Assembly (NCBI GenBank): GCA_015370545.1
Contig: GCA_015370545.1_3932.1
DNA from: a phage
DNA length: 64,000 bases
Direction: 5' to 3' (one strand)
The translations under genes were made by a program, and so were the position numbers. This document shows, one piece after another, positions 44,876 to 55,750 of the stretch. The first letter of the stretch is position 1. Each line of letters opens with the position of its first letter. A model generated the notes under the pieces. The model was not told the DNA's origin. It worked only from the letters and a program-made list of their open reading frames with translations, and made no database searches.

Positions 44876-44910
44876 AGGGGAAACATGGTTAACTATTTGG
44901 AGAAAACATA

Positions 44911-45111
44911 ATGAGCGAGACCGTTTATAAAGAACTTTATGAAGCTAATAAGAAGCTAGAATTTATGCAGAATACTATCATGGCAATTGCAGACAGATTA
45001 TCTGTAGCAACAGGTATTGATATTAAAGAAGCATCTATGGATGCACTTCTTGATGCTGTTGATGCAAAGTTCGAAGTTAAGAAAGAAGAGACTGCTACAG
45101 ACTCTGAATAA
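44911..45111 (+). CDS. hypothetical small protein upstream of terminase
   Basis: 66 aa; SD GGAGAAAAC. Confidence 0.45.
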   Translation: MSETVYKELYEANKKLEFMQNTIMAIADRLSVATGIDIKEASMDALLDAVDAKFEVKKEETATDSE

Positions 45112-45132
45112 TTCTATTTGCGGAGGCGCTTA

Positions 45133-46734
45133 ATGGACTTAAATGCTGTTAAGCAGAAGCGAGTGGAAGATGTTAGGAAAGTCCTAGCTGGAGAGTTGGG
45201 GCTTTCTGATGAAGTAAAAGAAATTATCAAATCATTCAGTAAAGACCCCTCTAAATTCCTTCCAACTCAAATTCTGACTTTATTAAGATACACACCAGAC
45301 CAAGTTAGACTTATCTTCAAATTGATGACTGATAAGAACTATGTAGCCCCTCAGCCGGGTTCTCAAGAGGTCTTTTTAAATACTAATGCTGACTTGGTTC
45401 TCTATGGTGGTGCTGCGGGTGCTGGTAAGACTGCTGCATTGTTAATGGACTCTTTAAGGTTTATTGATGACCCTAATTATAATGCTGTATATTTCCGTCG
45501 AAATACAACACAGCTACAAGGTGGTTTGTGGCCTGCTGCAAAGAAACTATTTGGTAAGTTTGGTGGGGTTCCTCACGAGCAGAAGATGACTATCACATTC
45601 CCTTCTGGGGCAACTATCAAGTTTACCTATCTAGAGCTTGAAAAGCACGCTGAAGGTCATCAGGGTATTGAGTATTCAGCTATTTACTTTGACGAAGGTA
45701 CTCACTTCTCTGCTTCACAGATTTCATACCTACAGACTCGTCTACGTTCTGGGGCTGAAGGTGATTCATACATGAAGATTTCTATGAACCCAGACAGAGA
45801 CCACTTTATTTACGATTGGGTAGAACCATTCTTAGATGAAGAAGGTTACCCAGACCCTGAAAAGTGTGGTCGTATTCGTTGGTATGTAATGAATGATGGT
45901 GTTATGGTTTCTGATTGGGAGAGAGACAAGATTCTTGAAATGTTTCCTCTTGAGATTCCTCAAACATATACATTCATCTCTGGTACGATTGATGATAACC
46001 CAATTCTTGACTTCTTAGAACCTAAATATCGTGGTAAGTTGGAAAACAACACCCCTGTAAACGTTGCAAGACTTCGTTTCGGTAACTGGAAGGCTCGTGC
46101 AGAAGGTTCAAACTATTGGCAAAGACAATGGTGTGAAATTGTTGATTCACTCCCAGAAGATGTATTCGATGTCAGAGCATGGGACTTAGCAGCAACTTTA
46201 CCATCTGAGATTAACCCTAACCCAGACTGGACAGCAGGTGTTAAGATGGGTAAATCTAAAAAAGACGGTTGCTATTATATCATTGATGTAGTAAGATTTA
46301 GAGATAGACCCTCTGGAGTCGAAACACAAATTAATTTGACTGCTGAAAGTGACGGTAAGCGAACTGGTATTTTTATCCCTCAAGACCCAGGCGCTGCTGG
46401 TAAATCCTACGCAACATCCCTCATCAGGAAACTTGCCGAGAAAGGTTATCGAGCAAGAGCTAAACCAACAAATAAAGACAAAGTTACCCGATTTGCGGGG
46501 TTTTCTGCTGCTTCTGAAGCTGGACTTGTAAAAGTCTTGAGAGGTAGTTGGAACGAAGCTTACTTTCAAGAACTTGAAGGCTTTTGTGGTGATGGTAAAA
46601 CTAAAGATGACCAAGTGGATGCTACCAGTGATGCTTTCAACAGTCTTAACGAAGTTAAATTATTCAAGCCACCATCAATGGGTGCTCACACAGACTTAGT
46701 GAGAGGAAACCCATATGAGGGGCTTAGACGTTGA
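45133..46734 (+). CDS. terminase large subunit
   Basis: Walker A-like LYGGAAGAGKTAAL; Walker B-like FDEGTHF; start set at ATG 45133 after GGAGG. Confidence 0.8.
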   Translation: MDLNAVKQKRVEDVRKVLAGELGLSDEVKEIIKSFSKDPSKFLPTQILTLLRYTPDQVRLIFKLMTDKNYVAPQPGSQEVFLNTNADLVLYGGAAGAGKTAALLMDSLRFIDDPNYNAVYFRRNTTQLQGGLWPAAKKLFGKFGGVPHEQKMTITFPSGATIKFTYLELEKHAEGHQGIEYSAIYFDEGTHFSASQISYLQTRLRSGAEGDSYMKISMNPDRDHFIYDWVEPFLDEEGYPDPEKCGRIRWYVMNDGVMVSDWERDKILEMFPLEIPQTYTFISGTIDDNPILDFLEPKYRGKLENNTPVNVARLRFGNWKARAEGSNYWQRQWCEIVDSLPEDVFDVRAWDLAATLPSEINPNPDWTAGVKMGKSKKDGCYYIIDVVRFRDRPSGVETQINLTAESDGKRTGIFIPQDPGAAGKSYATSLIRKLAEKGYRARAKPTNKDKVTRFAGFSAASEAGLVKVLRGSWNEAYFQELEGFCGDGKTKDDQVDATSDAFNSLNEVKLFKPPSMGAHTDLVRGNPYEGLRR

Positions 46735-46750
46735 TAGCTAGGTGAGAAGA

Positions 46751-48217
46751 ATGGCAGATATTACAGAAACACAAGAAAGCTTACCACCATTTAGAATGGG
46801 TGAAGTAGGTTCTTTGGGTCTGAAGGTTAAGAATGGAAGAATCTATGAAGAACCTCGTCAGGCACTAAGGTTCCCTGAAAGTATTAAAACTTTCCAATTA
46901 ATGATGCGTGACCCTGCTGTAGCAGCATCTGTAAATATTATTAAGATGTTTGTCAGAAAAGTCAACTGGAGATTCGTACCTCCAAAGGGAAAAGAGCAAG
47001 ACCCTAAAATGCTTGAAAGAGCAGACTTCTTTAATTCTTTAATGGATGACATGGAGCATGATTGGGCAGATTTTATTAACTCTGTAATGTCATTCTGCAC
47101 TTATGGGTTCTGTGTTAACGAAAAGGTTTATAAGAAACGTCAGGGTAAAAAAGGAAAGTACCAGTCAAAATTTGATGATGGTCTAATTGGGTGGGCTAAA
47201 TTACCAATCAGAAACCAGTCAACGCTTGATAAGTGGTATTTTGACGAAGACTTTAGAAAAGTTACTGGTGTTAGACAGAATCTGAGAAATGTTTCACATA
47301 TTGCTGGAGCAATCAATCTCGGAGAAAGACCACTAACAAGAAAACTTCCACGAGCTAAATTCATGCTGTTTAAGTATGACGATGAATATGGAAATCCAGA
47401 AGGTCGTTCACCATTACTTAATGCTTATGTACCGTGGAAATATAAAGTGCAGATTGAAGAGTATGAAGCTGTTGGTGTTTCAAGAGACTTAGTAGGTATG
47501 CCAAAGATTGGTTTACCACCAGACTATCTGGATGAAAATGCAGAACCTGAAAAGAAAGCTTTCGTACAATACTGCAAAACTGTTGTTAATGATATGATTG
47601 CTAACGATAGAGCAGGTTTAATCTGGCCTAGATATATCGACCCAGATACTAAAGAGGATATCTTTGAGTTCTCATTAGTTTCTAGACAGGGTGCTAAAGC
47701 ATACGATACAGGTTCTATTATTGATAGATATTCCAAGCAGATTATGATGGCATTCATGTCAGATGTTCTTGCTATGGGTCAGTCAAAATATGGTTCATTC
47801 TCTCTTGCAGATTCTAAGACAAGCCTATTAGCAATGTCAGTAGATATTCTGCTGAAGCAAATTAAGAACGTAATTAACCGTGATTTAGTTGCACAGACTT
47901 ATGCTCTTAATATGTGGGATGATGAAGAACACGTACAAATCACATATGATGATATCGAAACTCCAGACCTTGAAGCAATTGGTTCTTATATTCAGAAGAC
48001 TGTTGCAGTAGGTGCTTTGGAAGTTGACAAAGAGCTATCTAACAAACTTAGAGAGCATATTGGTCTTCCTCCTGCTGATGAGTCTCAGCCAGTATCTGAA
48101 AAGCTTTCTCCAAATAGCCAAAGCCGTTCAGGAGATGGTTATAAGACCGCTGGAGAAGGTACTGCAAAGACACCTTCAGCGAAAGACCCAAGCACAGCAA
48201 ATAAGGCAAATAAATAA
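46751..48217 (+). CDS. portal protein (putative)
   Basis: 489 aa immediately after the terminase gene; call is by size and position. Confidence 0.6.
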   Translation: MADITETQESLPPFRMGEVGSLGLKVKNGRIYEEPRQALRFPESIKTFQLMMRDPAVAASVNIIKMFVRKVNWRFVPPKGKEQDPKMLERADFFNSLMDDMEHDWADFINSVMSFCTYGFCVNEKVYKKRQGKKGKYQSKFDDGLIGWAKLPIRNQSTLDKWYFDEDFRKVTGVRQNLRNVSHIAGAINLGERPLTRKLPRAKFMLFKYDDEYGNPEGRSPLLNAYVPWKYKVQIEEYEAVGVSRDLVGMPKIGLPPDYLDENAEPEKKAFVQYCKTVVNDMIANDRAGLIWPRYIDPDTKEDIFEFSLVSRQGAKAYDTGSIIDRYSKQIMMAFMSDVLAMGQSKYGSFSLADSKTSLLAMSVDILLKQIKNVINRDLVAQTYALNMWDDEEHVQITYDDIETPDLEAIGSYIQKTVAVGALEVDKELSNKLREHIGLPPADESQPVSEKLSPNSQSRSGDGYKTAGEGTAKTPSAKDPSTANKANK

Positions 48218-48717
48218 TGGCTGAAGTTATCTCTATTTCAAATGCTACACGAGTGCATTCGTATAGGGGTGTCCTTATCATTACTGATAAGTTATCTGTA
48301 GAGGCTGGCTCAAGGGTCAGCCTTTCAGGTTATGTTAGTGATGGTGGAGTCTCTGACGTTTTCACTATTTGCAGGTTACTTGATGCACCAATGAGTGGTA
48401 AACCGTTTATTTCAGGAAATTGTAGTGAAATTGTTAAAATTCCATTTGACAGTTCATGCCTTTTGTGTGTAAAGTTATATAACTGCGAGAATAAACGTAT
48501 CAATGTTAATAGCATTGAAGCCGCTTTCATTACCCTCGACACTGCATTTCAATCCCCAATGACAGTTAACAAAGAAACAAACAGACTTGAATACATTTTT
48601 TCACAAAATGATTACAAAGTACTTGTCAAAGGTAAAGTATATGATATGATTGTAAATGTGGTAGATGAATCTGGTAACCATTCAACAGTCCTTAAACAAA
48701 AAGTAAGGTTTAATTAA
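48217..48717 (+). CDS. hypothetical head-module protein
   Basis: 166-aa ORF. Confidence 0.4.
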   Translation: MAEVISISNATRVHSYRGVLIITDKLSVEAGSRVSLSGYVSDGGVSDVFTICRLLDAPMSGKPFISGNCSEIVKIPFDSSCLLCVKLYNCENKRINVNSIEAAFITLDTAFQSPMTVNKETNRLEYIFSQNDYKVLVKGKVYDMIVNVVDESGNHSTVLKQKVRFN

Positions 48718-49049
48718 TGGGAACATTAACTATTGATGGTAAGAATAAAATCCTCGCCACGCTAACCCCAACGACTATTATTTTACACAATGTAGACCCA
48801 ACGGCAGACCCTACAGCAAATAAGGTTACTCAGCCAGTGGCTATTTATTTTTCTGAACCGGATAATGGCTTAATTGCCTCAGAAGATACAGTTAATATTA
48901 CTGTTCCAGCTTCTGCAACGGTCTCACACTATAGCTTGTGGGATGCTAACGATAAATGCGTGGCAACTGGTGCTCTTAGCAAACCTCAATTCTTTGCTGA
49001 AGAAGGTATCTATGTTATCTCTTCAGTCTCTGTAGATTTAAACAAATAG
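48717..49049 (+). CDS. hypothetical head-module protein
   Basis: 110-aa ORF. Confidence 0.4.
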   Translation: MGTLTIDGKNKILATLTPTTIILHNVDPTADPTANKVTQPVAIYFSEPDNGLIASEDTVNITVPASATVSHYSLWDANDKCVATGALSKPQFFAEEGIYVISSVSVDLNK

Positions 49050-49060
49050 GGTGAGTAAAA

Positions 49061-50407
49061 ATGAGTTCGAATATCTTCAGACTTGCTGATAGATTATTCA
49101 ACCAACCTTTACTAGCCACTGAATCACTAGCTCACTCAGCAGCAACTTATGTGAATAACAGATTGCTGGGTGATGTCCAAGCAGCAGTAAACTTTGATAA
49201 ACCTAAAGGTGAAGCAAGAAGTCTTTTAAAAGTAAAAGATGATATTGCTATTATCCCTATTATGGGTGGCTTAACCCATCGTATGACATTCATTGATGCA
49301 ATGTGTACAGGCGGTTTAAGCTCTTATGAAGGTTTACGCAGAGGCTTTGACGAAGCTTTAGCAGATGAGTCAATTAAGACTATTGTTCTGCACATTGATT
49401 CTGGTGGTGGTGAAGCTTCAGGTTGCTTTGAATTAGCACGTCACATTATGGCTTCAAGAGGCCAAAAGAAAATTATTGCTTATGTAGATGAGTTCGCTTG
49501 TTCCGCTGCATATGCTCTTGCATCTTCTGCTGAAGAAATTATTGCATCACCAGATGCAGATGTTGGTTCTATCGGTGTAATCATGGTTCATCAGGAATTA
49601 ACTAAGGCATTTGAAAAGAATGGCGTAACAATTAACGTCATCAAAGCTGGTGAGTTTAAAGGTATGGGTTCACCATTCCAAGCACTTTCAGAAGAAAGCA
49701 AAGAAAGACTTCAAAAGAGAATTAATGATACCTACGCAACCTTTACAGGTTTTGTAGCCGAATCTCGTAATCTCTCTGAAGAAGCTGTAAAGAATACTGA
49801 GGCGAATGTTTATTCTGCTCAGGAAGCTCTTGAACTTGGTTTAATTAACTCAATCATGTCTCAAGATGATTTCTTAAATTACTTACAAGGTTCTGAAGAG
49901 GCTCCTGTAAGTTTAAACGTTAACAATTCAGGTGAAGAAATGACTGAACAAGAAAAGCAAGAACTAGAAGCTTTGCGTCTTCAGGTTGCTCAAATGAAAG
50001 CTAAAGAACAGGAAGCTGCTTTGTCAGATTTGACTAATAAGATTTCTGCTTCTGCTGAAGCTTTTGGATTTGATGCAAAAGAAGCTGCAACGACTATTTT
50101 AGGTGCTGGTCTTGACAACCCTCTGAGTGTTCTGTTTATGAATGCTATGGAAGGTGCTAACCAGAAACTTAATGAAACTATCGCGTCCCATGCTTCTGCA
50201 ATGGAAGAAAAAGAATCAGAAATTACCAAGCTGAAAGAAACTGCTGGTGCTGTTCTTGAACATTCCAACGCTATGGAAGAAGTGGGTAATGACGGCGAAG
50301 CTGATTTAGTTGAAGAAGAAAAAGAACCAGCTAAGAATGCTTCCGAAGACACCGCTGAACAACGCAAACTGGCTCTCCAGAATGCTCTAAAATCTCTTAT
50401 CAAATAA
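49061..50407 (+). CDS. prohead protease (S49/ClpP-like) fused to scaffold-like domain
   Basis: IVLHIDSGGGEASG...FACSAAYALAS resembles S49 peptidases; C-terminal half is coiled-coil-like and acidic. Confidence 0.65.
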   Translation: MSSNIFRLADRLFNQPLLATESLAHSAATYVNNRLLGDVQAAVNFDKPKGEARSLLKVKDDIAIIPIMGGLTHRMTFIDAMCTGGLSSYEGLRRGFDEALADESIKTIVLHIDSGGGEASGCFELARHIMASRGQKKIIAYVDEFACSAAYALASSAEEIIASPDADVGSIGVIMVHQELTKAFEKNGVTINVIKAGEFKGMGSPFQALSEESKERLQKRINDTYATFTGFVAESRNLSEEAVKNTEANVYSAQEALELGLINSIMSQDDFLNYLQGSEEAPVSLNVNNSGEEMTEQEKQELEALRLQVAQMKAKEQEAALSDLTNKISASAEAFGFDAKEAATTILGAGLDNPLSVLFMNAMEGANQKLNETIASHASAMEEKESEITKLKETAGAVLEHSNAMEEVGNDGEADLVEEEKEPAKNASEDTAEQRKLALQNALKSLIK

Positions 50408-50418
50408 GGAACACAATA

Positions 50419-50796
50419 ATGGCATATCAAGGTTTTACTAAGTTAGGTAAAAGAGAACCTCTGAATGATATCATTCTTTGGGAACAGGTTACCCCAACAG
50501 GCCACTCTCGTAAAGAGTACACCCCACAGGCATCTACAGAATATCGTGTAGGTGAAGTTCTGAAAGCAGATGGTACTAAAGTTGCAGCAGGGGAAGAAGC
50601 TCAGGCTGATTCTGTATGTATCGTTAACTTTTATGCAGACCTGCAACTGTCTTACCACGGTCAGTTGAAAGTTGTTGGTATTTACCGTGACGCAGAACTG
50701 AAAGACATGCTGACTCTTGAGTCTGGTGTTAATGCCGAGAGCGTCAAGACAGCTCTGGCTGCTAAAGGTATTGATTTCGTACCAACTGGCCTGTAA
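50419..50796 (+). CDS. hypothetical protein (possible head decoration)
   Basis: 125-aa ORF between protease and capsid genes. Confidence 0.35.
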   Translation: MAYQGFTKLGKREPLNDIILWEQVTPTGHSRKEYTPQASTEYRVGEVLKADGTKVAAGEEAQADSVCIVNFYADLQLSYHGQLKVVGIYRDAELKDMLTLESGVNAESVKTALAAKGIDFVPTGL

Positions 50797-50829
50797 TAAC
50801 AATAATAAGACATTCTGGAGAATTTTACA

Positions 50830-51936
50830 ATGTTGACTAATTCTGAAAAAAGCAGATTTTTCCTTGCTGACCTGACTGGTGAAGTCCAGTCTATCCCAAA
50901 TACTTATGGGTATATTTCCAACTTAGGTCTGTTCCGTTCAGCACCAATCACCCAAACTACTTTCCTTATGGACTTGACTGATTGGGATGTTAGCTTGCTT
51001 GATGCGGTAGACCGTGATAGCCGTAAAGCAGAGACTAGCGCACCTGAGCGTGTTCGTCAAATCAGCTTCCCAATGATGTACTTCAAAGAAGTTGAAAGCA
51101 TTACTCCTGATGAAATTCAGGGTGTACGTCAGCCAGGCACTGCAAACGAACTGACTACTGAAGCTGTAGTACGTGCTAAGAAGCTGATGAAGATTCGTAC
51201 CAAGTTCGATATTACTCGTGAGTTCCTATTTATGCAAGCTCTGAAGGGTAAAGTTGTTGATGCTCGTGGTACTCTGTATGCTGACCTGTACAAGCAGTTC
51301 GATGTTGAGAAGAAGACTGTTTACTTCGACCTTGACAACCCTAATGCGGATATCGACGCTTCTATTGAAGAACTGCGTATGCACATGGAAGACGAAGCTA
51401 AGACTGGCACTGTAATCAACGGTGAAGAAATTCACGTAGTTGTTGACCGTGTGTTCTTCAGCAAGCTGACTAAACACCCTAAGATTCGTGATGCCTATCT
51501 TGCACAGCAGACCCCACTGGCTTGGCAACAGATTACTGGTTCTCTAAGAACTGGTGGTACTGACGGCGTTCAGGCTCACATGAACACTTTCTACTACGGT
51601 GGTGTTAAGTTTGTCCAGTACAACGGTAAGTTCAAAGACAAGCGTGGTAAGGTTCATACTCTGGTGAGCATTGATGGTGCTGGTGCAGAGGTTGGTGTAG
51701 GACACGCTTTCCCTAACGTTTCTATGCTGGGTGAAGCAAACAACATCTTCGAAGTGGCTTATGGCCCATGCCCTAAGATGGGTTACGCAAATACACTTGG
51801 TCAGGAACTGTATGTATTCGAATACGAAAAAGACCGTGATGAAGGTATTGACTTCGAAGCTCACTCTTACATGCTGCCATACTGTACTCGTCCTCAGTTG
51901 CTGGTAGACGTTCGTTCTGACGCTAAAGACGAATAA
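50830..51936 (+). CDS. major capsid protein (putative)
   Basis: 368 aa directly after the protease/scaffold gene; assigned by gene order. Confidence 0.6.
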   Translation: MLTNSEKSRFFLADLTGEVQSIPNTYGYISNLGLFRSAPITQTTFLMDLTDWDVSLLDAVDRDSRKAETSAPERVRQISFPMMYFKEVESITPDEIQGVRQPGTANELTTEAVVRAKKLMKIRTKFDITREFLFMQALKGKVVDARGTLYADLYKQFDVEKKTVYFDLDNPNADIDASIEELRMHMEDEAKTGTVINGEEIHVVVDRVFFSKLTKHPKIRDAYLAQQTPLAWQQITGSLRTGGTDGVQAHMNTFYYGGVKFVQYNGKFKDKRGKVHTLVSIDGAGAEVGVGHAFPNVSMLGEANNIFEVAYGPCPKMGYANTLGQELYVFEYEKDRDEGIDFEAHSYMLPYCTRPQLLVDVRSDAKDE

Positions 51937-51957
51937 TATTCTTAAGGAGGGTTATGA

Positions 51958-52407
51958 ATGTGTTATACAGGCGACCCAGCCAATAACCCTCTTGATAGAG
52001 TAAGAATCCTCTGCACAGACACCAATAATGATGAAATTCTTATTGAACAGTCTGTGCTAGAGTGGTTCTATCTAGAATCTGGAAAGGATGAAAAGAAAGC
52101 AGCCATCAAAGCTCTTAAATATTTACTCTTTCAAGTAGCCAAGATGGGAGATGAGAAGGTTGGTGGTGTTTATTTACGTAACTCTTCCAGATTCAAATCT
52201 CTGAAAGCTGTTTATGATGACCTTGTTAAAAGCTCTGTTTCAGGACTACCCTATGCAGGTGGTATTAACCAGTGCGATATTGATATGCGTCGTCAGAATC
52301 CTTGCTCTGTCAAGAAATACACAGAATATGGTGATGCTGCCAGATACGAAGGCAGAGATTACTGCAACCGTGTTAATGGCGTATTTATTATCGAGCGAGA
52401 TGAATAA
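51958..52407 (+). CDS. head-tail connector / head completion protein (putative)
   Basis: 149-aa ORF in neck position. Confidence 0.35.
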   Translation: MCYTGDPANNPLDRVRILCTDTNNDEILIEQSVLEWFYLESGKDEKKAAIKALKYLLFQVAKMGDEKVGGVYLRNSSRFKSLKAVYDDLVKSSVSGLPYAGGINQCDIDMRRQNPCSVKKYTEYGDAARYEGRDYCNRVNGVFIIERDE

Positions 52408-52889
52408 TGGTTAAAAGGGTTATTCACCCCGCTAGAGCAAAATTAGTCGGGGCTATGAAGAACTTGCAAACGGCTAATGCTCAAGTTGGGTATTTTCAAG
52501 AACAAGGTCAACATAGCTCTGGTTTTTCTTATCCTGCTTTAATGTATTTGCAAGAAGTTATTGGGGTTCCCTCAGCTTCTGGTAAAGTATATCGTAGGTT
52601 GTTTGAAATCACTATGATGCTAAACAGACAGACCTTGTTAGAGCAGACTAAGAAGAATCTATATAAGCAACTTAGCAGTCTCAACACAGACCCTTCAAAT
52701 ACCCTAGAAGCATTTGCAAAGAATGCTCAAAAGGCAATTAAAAGAGGTTTTGGTAATTCTGCTATCCTCCCTCCTAACGCACCTTCCACAGTCAAGAAAA
52801 AAGGCTTTAATGCACCTCTTGTTGAGACAGGTGACTTAAGGGATAACCTTGCTTATAAAATTTCTACTAAGAAGGGTATTAAGAAATGA
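52407..52889 (+). CDS. neck / head-tail joining protein (putative)
   Basis: 160-aa ORF. Confidence 0.35.
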   Translation: MVKRVIHPARAKLVGAMKNLQTANAQVGYFQEQGQHSSGFSYPALMYLQEVIGVPSASGKVYRRLFEITMMLNRQTLLEQTKKNLYKQLSSLNTDPSNTLEAFAKNAQKAIKRGFGNSAILPPNAPSTVKKKGFNAPLVETGDLRDNLAYKISTKKGIKK

Positions 52890-53287
52890 GACTCTTAAAC
52901 AGACACAGCTTTGTAGTAAAGCGTAAAGTCTCTGAAGACGGTTATTACAATGATGATGGTGATTGGGTAGCTTCACAAGATATTGTAGAGGTTAACTGCA
53001 AAGGTAATATCCAGCCATATATCAAAGGTTCTGTAAAGAACGGTACACAGATTGCTTTACCGGAAGGTATCAGGCTTACCGATACAAGAATCCTGTATAC
53101 TACATATAAACTTAGAACTTCAGATGATGTAGAGTGGAATGAGTCTGACATTGTTATGATTGATGGTCATGAGTATGAAGTATTTATGACTATGGATTGG
53201 TCACAGCAATTAGCCCATACGTCCCATTATGAATATATCATTATTAGAAGGGATAAAATGAATGCAGTTAGAAACAGCAGAACTTGA
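52886..53287 (+). CDS. neck / tail completion protein (putative)
   Basis: 133-aa ORF. Confidence 0.35.
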   Translation: MRLLNRHSFVVKRKVSEDGYYNDDGDWVASQDIVEVNCKGNIQPYIKGSVKNGTQIALPEGIRLTDTRILYTTYKLRTSDDVEWNESDIVMIDGHEYEVFMTMDWSQQLAHTSHYEYIIIRRDKMNAVRNSRT

Positions 53288-53861
53288 AAAAGGTCTAGTT
53301 AGAACCTTAGTGGATGTTATTGGTCACAGACTAGCTCGTGATAAAAATAATAGACCAAATGTAATTAGAGCTTACCCTTCTGATAACTCAAATGACAAAG
53401 GTTTAAAACCTGACCAGCCATTTATTACCGTATATTGTCAAGATGCTGCAACACCTTATGGTTGGGTTCTTGATAAGTTTGTTGAGGATGATGTAGTTTG
53501 CTACAGAATTGCTTTTCAGATTCCAGTATTAATTACGGTAAATGGTAAAGGTGCTCACAGTATTATGCTTGAGCTTAAACAACGATTAGAGATGAGTTCA
53601 GTCAGAGATTTAATTCTTGAAGAGACAGGAGCTACAGTTTTAGACACTGGAGCTATCCCGAATGACTATACCTATCTCAATACAGATTTCGAAAATTCTG
53701 CGCCTCTTGTTGTAACTCTTGTAAAAAATTCAGTCCTGAAAGATGAACGTGGGGGAATTATTGAACGTGTCATTGTTGATGGTGAATTAGTTTACGAAGA
53801 AGGACAAGAGCCACCAGAATATACTATCCATCTAGATGTAGACTCCAAAGGGGTAAAATAA
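53262..53861 (+). CDS. tail completion protein (putative)
   Basis: 199-aa ORF. Confidence 0.35.
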   Translation: MQLETAELEKGLVRTLVDVIGHRLARDKNNRPNVIRAYPSDNSNDKGLKPDQPFITVYCQDAATPYGWVLDKFVEDDVVCYRIAFQIPVLITVNGKGAHSIMLELKQRLEMSSVRDLILEETGATVLDTGAIPNDYTYLNTDFENSAPLVVTLVKNSVLKDERGGIIERVIVDGELVYEEGQEPPEYTIHLDVDSKGVK

Positions 53862-55214
53862 ATGTGGAATCCAATTGTTAATGTAGATATTACATTGAAC
53901 ACCGCAGGAACTACAAGAGAAGGTTTTGGGCTACCACTATTTTTAGCTTCAACAGATAACTTTGAAGAAAGAGTCCGTGGTTACACTTCCTTAACTGAAG
54001 TTGCTGAAGATTTCGATGAAAACTCTGCTGCATATAAGGCTGCTAAACAACTTTGGAGTCAGACTCCTAAAGTAACTCAGCTTTATATTGGTAGACGTGC
54101 TATGCAGTACACTGTATCAATTCCTGATGAGGTTACTGAGAGCACCGACTATTCTTTAACTGTAGCTGTGAGCGGTGGAGTTTCTCAGCCATTCCAGTAC
54201 ACTTCACAGTCAGAAGATACTGCTGAGAAGGTGCTACAGCAGCTTAAAACTCAGATTGAAGCAGAGCCTTCTGTAAAAGACCTTGTTACCGTCAATGTAA
54301 CTGGTGCTGGTGGTTCAGCAACAATGGTAATCACCAAAGCGGGTGACAATGACTTCGTGAAGGTTACCACTACAGCACAAACAGTGTCAATTGCAAGTAC
54401 AACTGCTGACACAGCATCGACTGCTCTGGCAGCTATTGAGGCTTATTCAACTGACTGGTATTTCATTGCAGCAGAAGACAGAACTCAACAGTTTGTCTTA
54501 GCAATGGCTTCTGAGATTCAAGCTCGTAAGAAGATTTTCTTTACAGCTAACTCTGATGTAACAGCCCTACAAGGTACAGAATTATCCAGTGCAAATGATG
54601 TTCCAGCACAACTTGCTAAGAATAAGTACACTCGTACAGTTTGCTTGTGGCATCACACAGCAGCAGAAGATTATCCAGAAATGGCATACATTGCTTATGG
54701 TGCTCCTTATGATGCAGGTTCAATTGCTTGGGGTAACGCACAGTTAACTGGTGTAGCTGCTTCTCTACAGCCATCTAATCAGAGACCTCTGACAAGTATT
54801 CAGAAGTCAGCTTTAGATGCACGTCACTGTAACTTTATTGACCTTGATGGTGGTGTTCCAGTGGTTCGTAGAGGGATTACTTCTGGTGGGGAATGGATTG
54901 ATATCATCCGTGGTGTTGACTGGTTAGAATCAGACCTGAAAACTTCTCTGAGAGACTTGCTAATTAACCAGAAGGGTGGTAAGATTACTTATGATGATAC
55001 TGGTATTACCCGTATTCGTCAAGTCATTGAAACCTCTCTGCAAAGAGCAGTCAACAGAAACTTCCTGTCATCTTACACAGTTAATGTTCCTAAAGCCTCT
55101 CAAGTTGCTTTGGCAGACAAGAAAGCTCGTATCCTGAAAGACGTTACCTTCTCAGGTATCTTAGCAGGGGCTATCTTGGATGTTGACTTGAAAGGTACAG
55201 TGGCTTACGAATAA
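53862..55214 (+). CDS. tail sheath protein (putative)
   Basis: 450 aa, immediately upstream of a tube-sized ORF, chaperones and tape measure. Confidence 0.5.
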   Translation: MWNPIVNVDITLNTAGTTREGFGLPLFLASTDNFEERVRGYTSLTEVAEDFDENSAAYKAAKQLWSQTPKVTQLYIGRRAMQYTVSIPDEVTESTDYSLTVAVSGGVSQPFQYTSQSEDTAEKVLQQLKTQIEAEPSVKDLVTVNVTGAGGSATMVITKAGDNDFVKVTTTAQTVSIASTTADTASTALAAIEAYSTDWYFIAAEDRTQQFVLAMASEIQARKKIFFTANSDVTALQGTELSSANDVPAQLAKNKYTRTVCLWHHTAAEDYPEMAYIAYGAPYDAGSIAWGNAQLTGVAASLQPSNQRPLTSIQKSALDARHCNFIDLDGGVPVVRRGITSGGEWIDIIRGVDWLESDLKTSLRDLLINQKGGKITYDDTGITRIRQVIETSLQRAVNRNFLSSYTVNVPKASQVALADKKARILKDVTFSGILAGAILDVDLKGTVAYE

Positions 55215-55229
55215 TAGAGGTAAATTGGA

Positions 55230-55676
55230 ATGGCTATGTATCAGCAATATTCCCCTAAAGACGTTGTGTGTAGCTGGAATGGTATTGCTATTGAAGGCTT
55301 TGCCCCAGACTCATTCTTACGTCTACAGAGAACATCACCACTTGTGACACCAGTTGTAGGTGCAGGTGGTCAAGTTGCTCTGACAAGAAATGCAGACAAG
55401 ACAGGTACTATTGAGATTGAGCTAATGCAGACTTCTCTCTCTAACCAGATGCTTTCTGCAATTCAAGCTAAACAAGACAACATGGAACTTGAAGAAGATA
55501 TCTCTTCTAACTTCGTAATCTACGACCCATCAGGCTCTGTTCTGGCAACTGGTATTAATGCTTGGTTGCAGGAATTACCACAGATTGAACTTGGTCGTGA
55601 CCAGAACTCTAAGACTTGGATTTTTGGTTGTGAGAAGCTAGACTACACTTCTACAATTCCAGCGTCAAGTGTTTAA
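55230..55676 (+). CDS. tail tube protein (putative)
   Basis: 148 aa after sheath candidate; followed by terminator. Confidence 0.5.
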   Translation: MAMYQQYSPKDVVCSWNGIAIEGFAPDSFLRLQRTSPLVTPVVGAGGQVALTRNADKTGTIEIELMQTSLSNQMLSAIQAKQDNMELEEDISSNFVIYDPSGSVLATGINAWLQELPQIELGRDQNSKTWIFGCEKLDYTSTIPASSV

Positions 55677-55688
55677 TAAATCCTATAA

Positions 55689-55722
55689 GGGGGAGACTTT
55701 AAAAGGTCTTCCCCTTTTTTTG
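55689..55722 (+). terminator. intrinsic terminator
   Basis: GGGGAGAC...GTCTTCCCC hairpin followed by TTTTTTT. Confidence 0.6.
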
Positions 55723-55750
55723 TTTCTTTTAAAAATATTAAGGAATCACA